This document shows, piece after piece, positions 20,198 through 29,869 of a stretch of DNA of 64,000 nt; positions within the stretch are counted from its first letter, which is position 1, and each line of letters opens with the position of its first letter. This DNA is from Candidatus Latescibacterota bacterium (GTDB lineage: Bacteria > Latescibacterota > UBA2968 > GCA-2709665). The stretch spans positions 2,976,001 to 3,040,000 of the forward strand of contig CBDCOX010000002.1 of the NCBI GenBank assembly GCA_965219995.1, written 5' to 3'. The notes beneath the pieces are model-generated. The model did no database searches, was not told the DNA's origin, and saw only the letters and a program-made list of their open reading frames with translations. A program made the position numbers and the translations under genes.

Positions 20198-21376
20198 CTA
20201 AAGGGGTTGGTCCGGGTCTACGTCGGCCGCATAGTCGACTGCCGGAAGTCCGAAGCCGAACAGTTTGAGGAATTCTGCGCGATAGTTCTGAAGGCCCGCT
20301 GTCGCTTCCAGGTTTTCGGTCGTTACGGATTCCCACAGGGATGCGATGCGTGACTGCACGTCTTCCCTGAGTTCGAGGTCGTCGACGCGGATCCGTCCCG
20401 CTTCGTCCGTGGGAACCCGCGTTCCCGTATAGATGCGATCCTTCAGGAGCCGGTACATCTGTTGGATACAGCCCTCATGAAGGTTCATTTCCGTCATGAC
20501 TTTGTAGAGCGTGGAAATATAGAGTGGTACGACGGGGATAGCCGCGCTGGATTGGGTGACCACGGCCTTGTTTACGGAGACGTGAGCGCTTCCGTTCTTC
20601 TCTTTCAGCCGGGCGTCCAACTCCCTGGCCGTGGCCTCAAGGTGCATTTTCGCTTTCCCGATGGTGCCCTCTCTGTAGAGCGGCCGGGTCAACTCCGGGC
20701 CTAAATATGTGAAGGCGACCGTTCGCACGCCCTCCGAGAGCACGTCGGCCGCTTCAAGGGCCCGAATCCACAGCTCCCAGTCTTCGCCTCCCATTACGGC
20801 CACGGTATTGTCGATCTCGTCTGCATTGGCCGGCTCGATGGCAACCTCCGAGACGACACCCGTGCGGACGTCGACCGTTTTGCCCGTGTAGGGTTCTCCC
20901 ACGGGTTTCAGTACGGACGTGTGTTGCGCTCCTGTATGGGGGTGCGTGCGCCGCGGCGATGCCAGGCTGTATATCACGAGGTCGACCTCGCCCAGGTCTT
21001 CCTTGATGGCGGAGATGGTCTGTTCCTTGATTTCATCGGAAAACGCGTCTCCGTTGATGCTCTTCGAATATTTCCCCGCGCCTCTTGCGGCGCTTTCGAA
21101 GGCGACCGAATTGTACCATCCTGCCGAGGCCGTGCGATTCCTCAAGGCCGGCCTTTCAAAGAATACGCCCACGGTACCGGCGTTCCCGCCAAAGCCGGCG
21201 GCAATCCGGGAGGCCAGGCCGTAACCGGTCGACGCGCCGACAACCAGGACGTTCCGGATGCCTTCCACGGGAGGCTGCCGCCCGACCCAGTCGATCTGTT
21301 CCTGGACATGCCGCGCGCATCCGACCGGGTGGGCGGTCGTGCAGATAAAGCCTCGAATCCTGGGTTTGATGACCAT
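20198..21376 (-). CDS. fabV: Enoyl-ACP reductase FabV / trans-2-enoyl-CoA reductase
   Basis: IKPRIRGFICTTAHP.GC, GASTGYGLASRI, GDAFS, YSLASPRR, VMGGEDW, HEGCI.Q. Confidence 0.96.
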   Translation of the reverse strand: MVIKPRIRGFICTTAHPVGCARHVQEQIDWVGRQPPVEGIRNVLVVGASTGYGLASRIAAGFGGNAGTVGVFFERPALRNRTASAGWYNSVAFESAARGAGKYSKSINGDAFSDEIKEQTISAIKEDLGEVDLVIYSLASPRRTHPHTGAQHTSVLKPVGEPYTGKTVDVRTGVVSEVAIEPANADEIDNTVAVMGGEDWELWIRALEAADVLSEGVRTVAFTYLGPELTRPLYREGTIGKAKMHLEATARELDARLKEKNGSAHVSVNKAVVTQSSAAIPVVPLYISTLYKVMTEMNLHEGCIQQMYRLLKDRIYTGTRVPTDEAGRIRVDDLELREDVQSRIASLWESVTTENLEATAGLQNYRAEFLKLFGFGLPAVDYAADVDPDQPL

Positions 21377-21405
21377 GGAACCGTCCTTTTTCGTCTGTCA
21401 GGTTG

Positions 21406-22806
21406 TTATGTGGCGGGTCGTGACTCTGTCCACGGAGCGATCGACTCAAAGGCGGCCGATGCGCGCAGCACCCCCGCGTCGTCACGCCAGCGCCCGACGA
21501 TTTGCAGTCCAACCGGAAGCCCGTCGCCCGCAAAGCCGGCCGGAACGGTGGCCGCCGGCTGGCCGGTGACGTTGAACGGATAGGTGAAAGCCGTCCAGCC
21601 GAGATAGCTGGTCGGATGCCCCGCGACGTCACCGGGATGGTCTTCACCCGCGGAAAAGGCTGTGACGGGAAGCGTGGGGCTGAGAAACAGGTCATAGGAC
21701 TTCATGAATTCACGCCAGCCGTGGTAGTAGTCGTTGCGACGCGCGTACGCGGTTGCCAACTCGGCGCCGGAGACGCCCCGGCCTCTTTCGATCACGGCGA
21801 CGAGGCCGCGATCCAGAAGGTCGCGGACTTCGTTCAGGTTGTCCTTGAATACGCCGGCGAACGAGGCGGCCCAGACCGTGTCCGCGATATCCCAGGGGTC
21901 GGGCAGACCGGGATGGTCCTCTTCGACGTTGCAGCCCAGTTCCTGAAACCGGGCCGCCGCTGCCGTCGCGACCTTCTGAACGTCGGGGTCGATCCGGGCG
22001 TACCCGAGATCGGGAGACCACGCGATGCGCAGGCCGCCGATATCGCCGTCCATTTCGCTGAGATAATCGGTCGCATCCGGCAGTGACAGGCGGTCCATTG
22101 GGTGGGCGCCGGCCATGGCCGTGAGCATCATCGCGGCATCCTTCACGGTGCGGGTAATCGGACCCGCGTGGGAAAGCAATTCGACCACGCTGGCAGGGTA
22201 TTGTGGAATACGGCCCCAGGACGGTTTGAGACCGTAGAGACCGCAAAAGGCGCACGGGATGCGGATGGAGCCGGCGCCGTCCGTTCCCTGTGCGATCGGA
22301 CCCAACCCCAGGGCGACGGCTGCCGCCGCGCCGCCGCTGGACCCGCCGGCCGTACGGCCGTGCATCCAGGGATTGTGCACCGGACCGTTCACGCGGTTTC
22401 CGGAATCTCCCTTCCAGCCCAGTTCGGGAGTGGTGGTCTTGCCAAGAAGGACCATCCCGGCATCGTCCAGGCGTTCCGCAAGCGGCGCGTCGTAATCCGG
22501 CACCCAGTTCCTGTAGAGCAGGGACCCCCGGGCGGTGAGGATGCCTTTTGTGGGCGTGAGATCCTTGAGCGATCCGGGGATGCCCGCCAGAGTCCCGGCG
22601 TTTCCGTCCATATATGCGCGTTCGGCGCAGATTGCCTGTGCCAGGGCACGCTCGTGAGTCACGGTGACGTAGGGATTGAAGACGGGATTGACCCGTTCAA
22701 TCCGGTGCAGCAGCGCTTTCGTGACGTCGACGGGCGAGAGTTCCCGCGTCAGATACAGTTTGCGCAGTTCGAGTGCCGAAAGAAAGCAGAGATTGTCTGA
22801 ATTCAT
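21406..22806 (-). CDS. Amidase signature family protein
   Basis: SLKDL, GKTTTPE, TAGGSSGG, GTDGAGSIRIP, GLKPS, GLPVGLQIVG. Confidence 0.93.
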   Translation of the reverse strand: MNSDNLCFLSALELRKLYLTRELSPVDVTKALLHRIERVNPVFNPYVTVTHERALAQAICAERAYMDGNAGTLAGIPGSLKDLTPTKGILTARGSLLYRNWVPDYDAPLAERLDDAGMVLLGKTTTPELGWKGDSGNRVNGPVHNPWMHGRTAGGSSGGAAAAVALGLGPIAQGTDGAGSIRIPCAFCGLYGLKPSWGRIPQYPASVVELLSHAGPITRTVKDAAMMLTAMAGAHPMDRLSLPDATDYLSEMDGDIGGLRIAWSPDLGYARIDPDVQKVATAAAARFQELGCNVEEDHPGLPDPWDIADTVWAASFAGVFKDNLNEVRDLLDRGLVAVIERGRGVSGAELATAYARRNDYYHGWREFMKSYDLFLSPTLPVTAFSAGEDHPGDVAGHPTSYLGWTAFTYPFNVTGQPAATVPAGFAGDGLPVGLQIVGRWRDDAGVLRASAAFESIAPWTESRPAT

Positions 22807-23432
22807 CCTGCCGCTCCGGGTTCTCTACAACGTGTGTCCGGGGTTGTCGGCGTTGGAGAGAACGGGTTTCCCGCAAGTGCAAGCAATTGCGCGACCAGGC
22901 GGTACGAAATGCCCCAGAGGATACGCCGGCCGGGACCCGGCAGATCGATGGTGGAAAAGCGGCGTTCCGCGTTGTCGATCCGGAAGCGGCGCTTATGGTG
23001 TCGTCTGGCGTCTGCGAGTTCGCTCAGACGGACCCAGAAGGCCTCTTTCACTTCGTCGTTCGGATGAAGGCGGCCGGCGGATCCGACATTGTAGACGAAA
23101 CACGATACGAGCACGGGGAGGGTGGCGCCGGTGACGTCGTCCAGGCGTCCGAGGTACTCGGCGCAACCGAGATCCAGGCCGACTTCCTCCCGTGTCTCGC
23201 GCTCGGCGGCAAGTCGCGTACTCCCGTCGAGGCGGTCGACCCTGCCGCCGGGGAACGCGACGTGGCCCGACCACGGATCGTCATCGCGCTGCGACCGCTC
23301 GATAAAGAGCAGTTGAACCGCTTCCTCCTGTTGATGCAGTACCATTGCGACGGCGGCGCGGGTCGCGTCTCGTGAGGCCAGACACGGCTTGTGACCCGCC
23401 AGAACCCGGCGGATGTCCTCGATCGAAGTCAT
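22803..23432 (-). CDS. Nudix hydrolase, CoA pyrophosphatase (NudL-like)
   Basis: AAVA, WSGHVAFPGG, AAERETREEVGL Nudix box, ILWGIS. Confidence 0.9.
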   Translation of the reverse strand: MTSIEDIRRVLAGHKPCLASRDATRAAVAMVLHQQEEAVQLLFIERSQRDDDPWSGHVAFPGGRVDRLDGSTRLAAERETREEVGLDLGCAEYLGRLDDVTGATLPVLVSCFVYNVGSAGRLHPNDEVKEAFWVRLSELADARRHHKRRFRIDNAERRFSTIDLPGPGRRILWGISYRLVAQLLALAGNPFSPTPTTPDTRCREPGAAG

Positions 23433-23863
23433 GAGGGCCTGTACTTCCGGTATAGGTTGTATATGAGAAATCCAATACCAAGACCCGCATTGACCAGCAC
23501 CGGGATGCGGTAAATGCTCACCACGTCATACCTGAACACGGCTCCGGATGCGCCCGCGGAGACGATCAGAAACGAGAGGACGATCAGGGGCTTGCAGATT
23601 GCCGGCGGTACAAACGCCGCCGTTACGATAGAAATGAGGGCCGAGTGGAAGATAAAGAACCCGGCGTAGCCGTTTCGGACCGCCATCGCGATCTGCCAGT
23701 CGTACCGATATGCCCAGACCAGGGTCACGTGGGCTACGGCAACCAGCGCAACCAGGGCGATGGCAGGGCGGTTGCAGGTACCTCTGGCGACGAGTACCAG
23801 ATTCACCGATAGGCCGAGATACCCGAGAAAAGCGAGAAGAAACGTGAAGTTTTCGAGCGTCAA
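23429..23863 (-). CDS. Hypothetical multi-pass membrane protein
   Basis: About five hydrophobic segments; ATGA overlap with the Nudix gene. Confidence 0.65.
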   Translation of the reverse strand: MTLENFTFLLAFLGYLGLSVNLVLVARGTCNRPAIALVALVAVAHVTLVWAYRYDWQIAMAVRNGYAGFFIFHSALISIVTAAFVPPAICKPLIVLSFLIVSAGASGAVFRYDVVSIYRIPVLVNAGLGIGFLIYNLYRKYRPS

Positions 23864-24000
23864 GATGAGGTCTTTGCCGGGAACGGTGAGGCAGGGCGCA
23901 GAACCCCGGACCGGTGGAGAGCGGGCCGGATGGTGCGCGGAAACCGTGAAAGGATATCGTACACCGGGACGGTTTGGCCGGGGGTACGGGAAGGCCGCCA

Positions 24001-24021
24001 GGAATTTTAAAACAGCTTCTC
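24001..24021. repeat. Isolated Family C terminal repeat
   Basis: ggaattttaaaacagcttctc matches 25506-25524 and the reverse complement of 40200-40218. Confidence 0.6.
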
Positions 24022-24092
24022 AGGGAATGGGATTGAATCCGGGGGCGCGCCGGCGCAGGGAGATTCCCCGCCGGGTCTCTCGCTTCGTGCTG

Positions 24093-25307
24093 TTATTCTC
24101 CGGTATCGACCGGGTTCTTGATCCGGTCGATCTTGTCCTCGCAGTACTTTTTGAATTTTCGATCTCTCAGACCCCTCTGGTAGGCCTGTATCGCCTTGTC
24201 CTTCCAGCCCTGGGGCCGCCAGGCGTCGTAAACATCGCCGATAATGACATATGCCGGCACGCCGAATCTTCTGCTCGATGTGGCTCTCCGGGCGTTGTTC
24301 AGTGCATTCTGGTACTGTTTGAGTTCGAAGTAAGCCACCGCCGCCCGGTACTGGGCCTCGCTGTCTCTGGAATTCAGCGCGAGCGCCTGCCCATAGGCCG
24401 AGACCGCACTCTTGTAGTTCTTCCCCAATGCGTGGGAGTAGCCCAGCGCCGTGTAAATTCTGACTTTGTCTCTATTGGTGGGCGCCACCGCAACCGCTTT
24501 TCTCAGCGTCGTGACCGCTCTTGAATGTTGTTTTGTCGTATTGTATACGACCGCCAGGCTGCGATAGGCGTTGATGTTCTTCCTGTCTTTGCAGTTCGGA
24601 TCGCTGTCGATCGCCCGGCTGTAACTCCGGATTGCCCTGCTGTTTCTCTTGGTGAGACGAAACAGATCCCCAAGCTGCCTGTGGGCTTTGGCGTATTGGG
24701 GGTTGAGTTCGACGGCCGTTGAAAAAGCGTTCTCAGCCTGTTTGATCTTGCGCGCGTTTCTGGCGGCCAGCCCCAGATTGTAGTAATTGGTGGCGTCCGT
24801 CGGATCGAGTTGCGTGGCGTTTTCGTACTCCTCGATGGCCTTCCGGTAATTCTTGCGGAGGAGAAACTCCCTGCCCCGCCGCGCATACGCCGCTTTCAGA
24901 AGTTGCCGGGCGCGGCCGTCCTGAAAATTGCCGTCCAGCTTCACGACCGCTTTAAACGCCGCCTGCGCTTCCTTATATTTTTTCAGGTTGTAATAAAGGT
25001 TGCCCAATTCATAATGGGCTTCCACGTAATCCGGCTTTACCGAAGTCGCCATCCTGAAATTGCTGACGGCCTTGTCGGTATCCTTCAGCTTCTGGTAGGT
25101 CTTGGCGATGCCGCGATAGGCCTGGGCGTTGTTGCCGTCGAGTTTGACGGCATCTTCGAATGCCTGAAGGGCCTGCTGATATCGCCTCTTTTCGAAGAGG
25201 GCCTGACCGGCGTTGTATTTTTCCGCCGATTCGGGAGCCACCTGAGCCCACGCCGGCTGGCAGAACAGGAGACACAGAAGCAAGGGTAGACGCTGTCGAC
25301 AACGCAT
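24093..25307 (-). CDS. Secreted tetratricopeptide repeat protein
   Basis: Signal peptide (AWA cleavage site) and many TPR units (AYRGIA, AHYELG, YYNLGLA). Confidence 0.9.
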   Translation of the reverse strand: MRCRQRLPLLLCLLFCQPAWAQVAPESAEKYNAGQALFEKRRYQQALQAFEDAVKLDGNNAQAYRGIAKTYQKLKDTDKAVSNFRMATSVKPDYVEAHYELGNLYYNLKKYKEAQAAFKAVVKLDGNFQDGRARQLLKAAYARRGREFLLRKNYRKAIEEYENATQLDPTDATNYYNLGLAARNARKIKQAENAFSTAVELNPQYAKAHRQLGDLFRLTKRNSRAIRSYSRAIDSDPNCKDRKNINAYRSLAVVYNTTKQHSRAVTTLRKAVAVAPTNRDKVRIYTALGYSHALGKNYKSAVSAYGQALALNSRDSEAQYRAAVAYFELKQYQNALNNARRATSSRRFGVPAYVIIGDVYDAWRPQGWKDKAIQAYQRGLRDRKFKKYCEDKIDRIKNPVDTGE

Positions 25308-25337
25308 ATCCGGTGATCCTCTCGATAGTGCTGGTTA

Positions 25338-25525
25338 AGAAACTGCCTTAAAATCCCCAGCGGTCTTCGCGCGGCTGCAAAAGCGCCGGTCGGCGTTGGT
25401 CAAACCCACCCGTATTGAAAGGTCGAGGCTGCGCTCGCTCGCCTCTCTTAGGCGGATTCTCCCGCCTTGACCGCCACTTTTTCGCTCGCGCTCCGGAACT
25501 CACCGGGAATTTTAAAACAGCTTCA
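25338..25525. mobile_element. Family C MITE-like element (~190 bp) with imperfect terminal inverted repeats
   Basis: agaaactgccttaaaatcccc ... gggaattttaaaacagcttca; right half homologous to 40199-40283. Confidence 0.7.
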
Positions 25526-25551
25526 AACGAGAAAGCGAATTGCAGACGGGT

Positions 25552-25580
25552 AATATTGCCAATTACAGTGTTGATGTCAA
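25552..25580 (-). promoter_or_regulatory. Putative sigma70 promoter of the TPR gene
   Basis: Minus strand TTGACA-17nt-AATATT. Confidence 0.45.
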
Positions 25581-25656
25581 CCGAATTGGACATGCGGAAA
25601 GGCCACCACCGGTTGTGTGATGGCCTCCGCGGAACTGAAAGCTGCTTGAGTCGAGA

Positions 25657-26328
25657 TCAATCGTGCAGCTTGAATCGGATGCGTTGGGTCATCCAGACAT
25701 TGACGGGCTTGTCGTTCTGGATGGCCGGCTTGAAAACGAACTGTCTGACCGCATCGATGGCCGCCTGTCTGAATATTTCCTGGCCCTTCAATACCGAGAC
25801 CCTGTCCGTGCGACCGTCTTTGCGCACCATGAACTTGACGAATACATTGCCTTCCAACCCCGCTTTTCGCGCTATCTCGGGGTATTTGGGGCTGACCGCC
25901 CTGATCTGCTCCGGCTTCTCCTCCACGCTCCAGAACTCCATCACTTCTTCTTCCATCGGCGCTTCGGTAGCGCCCGGCGGCGGGGGCGGAAGGTCGACCG
26001 GGGCCTGATCCAGATCGAGGTCGGTCGTTTCGATGGTCACGTCGTCCGGTACGTCTTCGCTCTCGGTTTCAATCGGCATGGCCGGCCGCGGCGGCGGCGG
26101 CGGGCGCTGGATCTGCCGTGTCTCCGGAATTTCTTCCATCTGGATGATGATCTGGTCTTTCTTCCCCGCCGAGGCCCGTATATCGAACGTCGGGAAAAGG
26201 ATAGCCATAAACAGGTGCAGGGCGCAGGAAATGCCGACCGACGTCCAGAAGACCTTCGGATAACGCCGTCGGAGGTCGTGCTCCGGGTATTTCCTGCGGA
26301 CGATATCCTTTCCTTTGATATAGGCCAT
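25657..26328 (-). CDS. tonB: Energy transducer TonB
   Basis: N-terminal TM helix with S...H, Pro-rich linker, YPEIARKAGLEG.VFVKF, FKPA.QN.KPV. Confidence 0.93.
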   Translation of the reverse strand: MAYIKGKDIVRRKYPEHDLRRRYPKVFWTSVGISCALHLFMAILFPTFDIRASAGKKDQIIIQMEEIPETRQIQRPPPPPRPAMPIETESEDVPDDVTIETTDLDLDQAPVDLPPPPPGATEAPMEEEVMEFWSVEEKPEQIRAVSPKYPEIARKAGLEGNVFVKFMVRKDGRTDRVSVLKGQEIFRQAAIDAVRQFVFKPAIQNDKPVNVWMTQRIRFKLHD

Positions 26329-26333
26329 ATACG

Positions 26334-26744
26334 TTACCTCTCTCGATCCGTGGCGAAGTTGACGCGCAGGGCGTCCGCCTTGCGGAGTTCCTCGATCACT
26401 TCGGACACCAGCCCGTAGGGCGCCCGGGTATCGCATTTCAGGGAGACGATAAGACGCGGGTTCTGCACCCGGCGTTCGTAGAAAATGGGCGCAACCTGGT
26501 TTACCTGGGCGATTTTGTCGTCGATGTAGACTTTCCGGTCCGCGGAAATCCAGACGTAGGAAACGTGCCGGCGCGTCTTGATTTCCTCGACCTTTTCAGC
26601 CCTGGGCAGCACGATACCGGTGACCCGATAGCGGACGAATACCGTCGTGACCATGAAAAAGATCAGGAGGAGAAAGGCAATATCTGCCATTGAACCGGTC
26701 GGAATGGACGAATGCACCCCGGATTTTTTCGAAAAATCAGCCAT
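26334..26744 (-). CDS. exbD: Biopolymer transporter ExbD
   Basis: IPTGSMADIAFLLLIFFMVTT. Confidence 0.92.
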   Translation of the reverse strand: MADFSKKSGVHSSIPTGSMADIAFLLLIFFMVTTVFVRYRVTGIVLPRAEKVEEIKTRRHVSYVWISADRKVYIDDKIAQVNQVAPIFYERRVQNPRLIVSLKCDTRAPYGLVSEVIEELRKADALRVNFATDRER

Positions 26745-26772
26745 GCTGAAGGTCTCCTGTTGCCGGACGGGC

Positions 26773-27189
26773 CTACTTTTCCGGGGATGCTAGAGAGATC
26801 CGCGTTGCGCCGGAAAGCTTGATCTCATCCAGGACGTCTATGAACGCATTGTAGGGCGTTTCCTCGTCGGCCTTGAGTGAAACGATCAGCTTGTCGTTTT
26901 CGCTCAGGCGCCGCTCGATGTCGGCGCGGAGCTGGCTCAGAGGCATTTCCTGTTCCAGGTTGATCAGGATATCGCCGGCGGCATTCACCCAGACGTTGCA
27001 TATATTCTTCTTCTGGATCTTCTTGTTTTCTCCGGCGGGCGGAAGCTGCATCCCGATGCCCTTGTCCTGGTTCATCGTGGTGGTCACCAGGAAGAAGACG
27101 ATCAGCAGAAACGCAATGTCCGCCATGGACGAAGTCGGGATGTCAGGGTTGGACTTGTTCCGTCTTGCCAATACTGGCTTGCCTGCCAT
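26773..27189 (-). CDS. exbD: Biopolymer transporter ExbD
   Basis: IPTSSMADIAFLLIVFFLVTT; KADEETPY..FIDVLDE. Confidence 0.92.
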   Translation of the reverse strand: MAGKPVLARRNKSNPDIPTSSMADIAFLLIVFFLVTTTMNQDKGIGMQLPPAGENKKIQKKNICNVWVNAAGDILINLEQEMPLSQLRADIERRLSENDKLIVSLKADEETPYNAFIDVLDEIKLSGATRISLASPEK

Positions 27190-27192
27190 GGC

Positions 27193-27819
27193 TTATTCTC
27201 CCGCGGGCGTATCGTAGCCGGCCTGGATCAGTTCGTCGATGAACTGAGAGGAACTTTCCTGCATATCGATGATGATCTTATCGATCTTGGAGACGAAGAG
27301 GTTGTGGAGTGCCTGGATCGGAATGGCGATAACCAGACCGGAAGCCGTGGTGATGAGCGCTTCGGAAATACCCGCGGCCACAATACTGGGCTCGACGTCG
27401 CCGGCTTTTGCGATGGCGTCGAAGGCGCTGATCATACCGCTCACCGTCCCGAGGAATCCGAGCAGCGGCGCGATATTGGCTACGGTAGACAACCAGACCA
27501 TGCCTTTTTCCAGGAATGCCATTTCGATGGCGCCGGACTCTTCAATGGCCTTCTCGACGTGTTCGATCCCCCGATCGAGGCGAAGAAGCCCGGCGTGGAG
27601 AACCGAGGCGACCGGGCCGCGGTGACTCGCGCAAACCTCGGCGACGCCCTCGGGCCCCCGTTGTTTAAGCGCTTCCTGAATCGCGGTGAAAAACTCCCGG
27701 GTGTCGATTGACGAACGCCACAGCGACCAGAATCGTTCAATACTTACCGCGATACCGAAAAGCAACATCAGCAGAAGCGGGTGCATAAAGGGCCCGCCAT
27801 TGACATAAAGTTCAACCAT
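27193..27819 (-). CDS. exbB: MotA/TolQ/ExbB proton channel protein
   Basis: APLLGFLGTVSGMI.AF, VAAGISEALITTASGL.IAIP. Confidence 0.94.
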   Translation of the reverse strand: MVELYVNGGPFMHPLLLMLLFGIAVSIERFWSLWRSSIDTREFFTAIQEALKQRGPEGVAEVCASHRGPVASVLHAGLLRLDRGIEHVEKAIEESGAIEMAFLEKGMVWLSTVANIAPLLGFLGTVSGMISAFDAIAKAGDVEPSIVAAGISEALITTASGLVIAIPIQALHNLFVSKIDKIIIDMQESSSQFIDELIQAGYDTPAGE

Positions 27820-28006
27820 GCTTCAATCCCCCAGTTGATGATGTGAATGCTCGCTGCGGTGGAAAAATGTGCGCCGGAAGCGCAGGCCCGGACAACTGTC
27901 TCGCGGTTCCGAGATGGATTGAGGTTCGTCGGAAGGCGTGGGTTTTCTTCGTTCTGCCGCGACGGAAGAAAGGAAAAAACGTCGCATATCCAGAGACCAG
28001 CTCCCC

Positions 28007-29209
28007 TTACTTTTTCCCTTCGATATCTACCTCCTCCTCTTTCTTCTTTTTGAAGAACTCCAGTCTCTTTTTCTCCTCTTCTGACATCGGCGGGTCGATT
28101 TCGTCGATCATCCGCTTGGCGTTTCCGGCCCAGAGTGGATCTTTCCCGGCCTTCTTGAACCATCTCAGCGCGCTGACGGAATCCCGGGCGGCATTGGACT
28201 TCTTCCACCTCTTGTAATGGTACTCTCCCCGCATGTAGTTGCATTTCCCGTTACCCGGGTCCAGCCTGAGGCACCTGTCGATCAGATTAATGTCACCTGT
28301 CATATCGACCAGTTGCTCGACGACGCTCAGGTTGTCGGGCTGCTGCCTGATCATCTTTCTCAGCAGGCCGATCTGAAACCGCCTGGATTTGCCGAGCTGT
28401 TTACCCAGCGTAAGCATCTGGTCCAGATAGAGAAAATCCTCCGGGTTATGGGCGTGGAGTTTCTCGTATGCGCTGAACGCCTTCCGGTCCATGCCCAGCC
28501 GGCTGTACATCCTGGCGAGATTGTCCAGGGTATTGAAATCGTCGGGGTTAATTTCGAGGAGGCGCTCCATCTCTTTCAGGGCTTCGTCTTCGTCGCCCAT
28601 GTGCAGGGTCAGCTTGGCGATCGCATCCTGGACGTCGGGATTATTCGGTTCCAGTACGCCCCAGCTGCGCGTGTGCTTCAACGCTGATTCGTAATCCTCT
28701 ATTTCAATATACAGCGCGACCAGCTGATGCAGGTATTGAATCTTCTGTTCCGGTTTCTTGGCAATGGCCAGAAGCTTTTCGTAGACCTCGATGGCCAACT
28801 CGGGCATCTGTTCCAATACGTAAAGCTGGCCGAGGTAATAGAGCGCGTTTCGCGCATTGGGGCCCATTGGATTCAGTTCGATCGCTTTCTTGAACCAGTC
28901 GATGGCGTCCCGGGGCTTTTCCGTCTCGTTGTACAACTTGCCCAGATAGTACGCGGTCTGGGCGTTCCGGGTATTGAAGTCCCAGGATTTCGTCAGCTGA
29001 ACGAGCGCGTCTTCGTATTGTTTGTTGTCCAGATACCGCTTGCCGAAGTAAACGTGTTTCCGCGACATCGCCGCCGAGTCGACGGGCGCTTCCCGTGGTT
29101 TGTGCTTGTCCTTCTTCGACTTTCTTCTGGCCTCCACCGGCGACAGCAGACCCAGTATCAGGAAGCCGCAGAGAAAAATGGTGACGCCGTCCGAAAGCCT
29201 GAATTTCAT
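28007..29209 (-). CDS. Secreted tetratricopeptide repeat protein
   Basis: Signal peptide (VEA site) and TPR repeats (AYYLGKLY, ALYYLGQLY); GAGGAG RBS. Confidence 0.85.
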   Translation of the reverse strand: MKFRLSDGVTIFLCGFLILGLLSPVEARRKSKKDKHKPREAPVDSAAMSRKHVYFGKRYLDNKQYEDALVQLTKSWDFNTRNAQTAYYLGKLYNETEKPRDAIDWFKKAIELNPMGPNARNALYYLGQLYVLEQMPELAIEVYEKLLAIAKKPEQKIQYLHQLVALYIEIEDYESALKHTRSWGVLEPNNPDVQDAIAKLTLHMGDEDEALKEMERLLEINPDDFNTLDNLARMYSRLGMDRKAFSAYEKLHAHNPEDFLYLDQMLTLGKQLGKSRRFQIGLLRKMIRQQPDNLSVVEQLVDMTGDINLIDRCLRLDPGNGKCNYMRGEYHYKRWKKSNAARDSVSALRWFKKAGKDPLWAGNAKRMIDEIDPPMSEEEKKRLEFFKKKKEEEVDIEGKK

Positions 29210-29309
29210 GACAACCACTCCTCGGCGGGGCAGTCGCGCCATTCCGCCGATTCCACGTAAATCGCTGGCATCAAGACGTATAGACATCTGTAACACTTAG
29301 AAACATAGA

Positions 29310-29338
29310 AATCTAACGAATAGGAATTTGGATGTCAA
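29310..29338 (-). promoter_or_regulatory. Sigma70 promoter for the TPR-exbBDD-tonB operon
   Basis: Minus strand TTGACA-17nt-TAGATT. Confidence 0.6.
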
Positions 29339-29467
29339 GGCAAAATCCATACCCGGTTGTTGCGATTCTGTTACGAATTGAAGACGGGACGCGGCAGGGA
29401 ATTTCACCCGCGCCAGGACGGTGGACGGGCCGACGGCCGCTTGCCGGCAATGGACTCCAGATGCCTG

Positions 29468-29496
29468 TTGACACAACCCGGCGAATCCGGTATATT
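29468..29496 (+). promoter_or_regulatory. Sigma70 promoter upstream of guaB
   Basis: TTGACA-17nt-TATATT. Confidence 0.65.
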
Positions 29497-29662
29497 CGGA
29501 TACTCTCGAACGCGAGGTGTTGCAACCCAGGCATTCACACCCGGGAAACCCACATGCGCAAGAGAATCAGGGCGTTGGGCCCTGCCATTAAGGACAGGTC
29601 TTCTCCGCCCCTGGTCGCCTGCACGCGGAGGAGGCGTCCGGCCTTGTAACGGGCGGTTGTGC

Positions 29663-29692
29663 AAACCCCTTGACACGTGTGTCAAGGGGTTT
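29663..29692. other. Perfect 14-bp inverted repeat
   Basis: AAACCCCTTGACAC-gt-GTGTCAAGGGGTTT. Confidence 0.8.
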
Positions 29693-29732
29693 CCTGTATC
29701 CGGATACGTAGCGAAGGAAGCGAGCACATACA

Positions 29733-29846
29733 AGGAAAACCCTGCAGGGTCGCTGAGTTACGACACACGCCGTTTCGCATCGAACCCTTTTGTGCTTTTT
29801 GTGCTTTTTGTGGCCAATTCAGCGGTTATCTTTTATCCAATTTAAG
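29733..29846. repeat. Family B element, right-hand module
   Basis: Homologous to 41286-41401 (cctgcagggtc...ttacgacacacgccgtttcg...tttgtgctttttgtggccaatt). Confidence 0.8.
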
Positions 29847-29869
29847 AATATTAAATCGGGGAGCCATCT

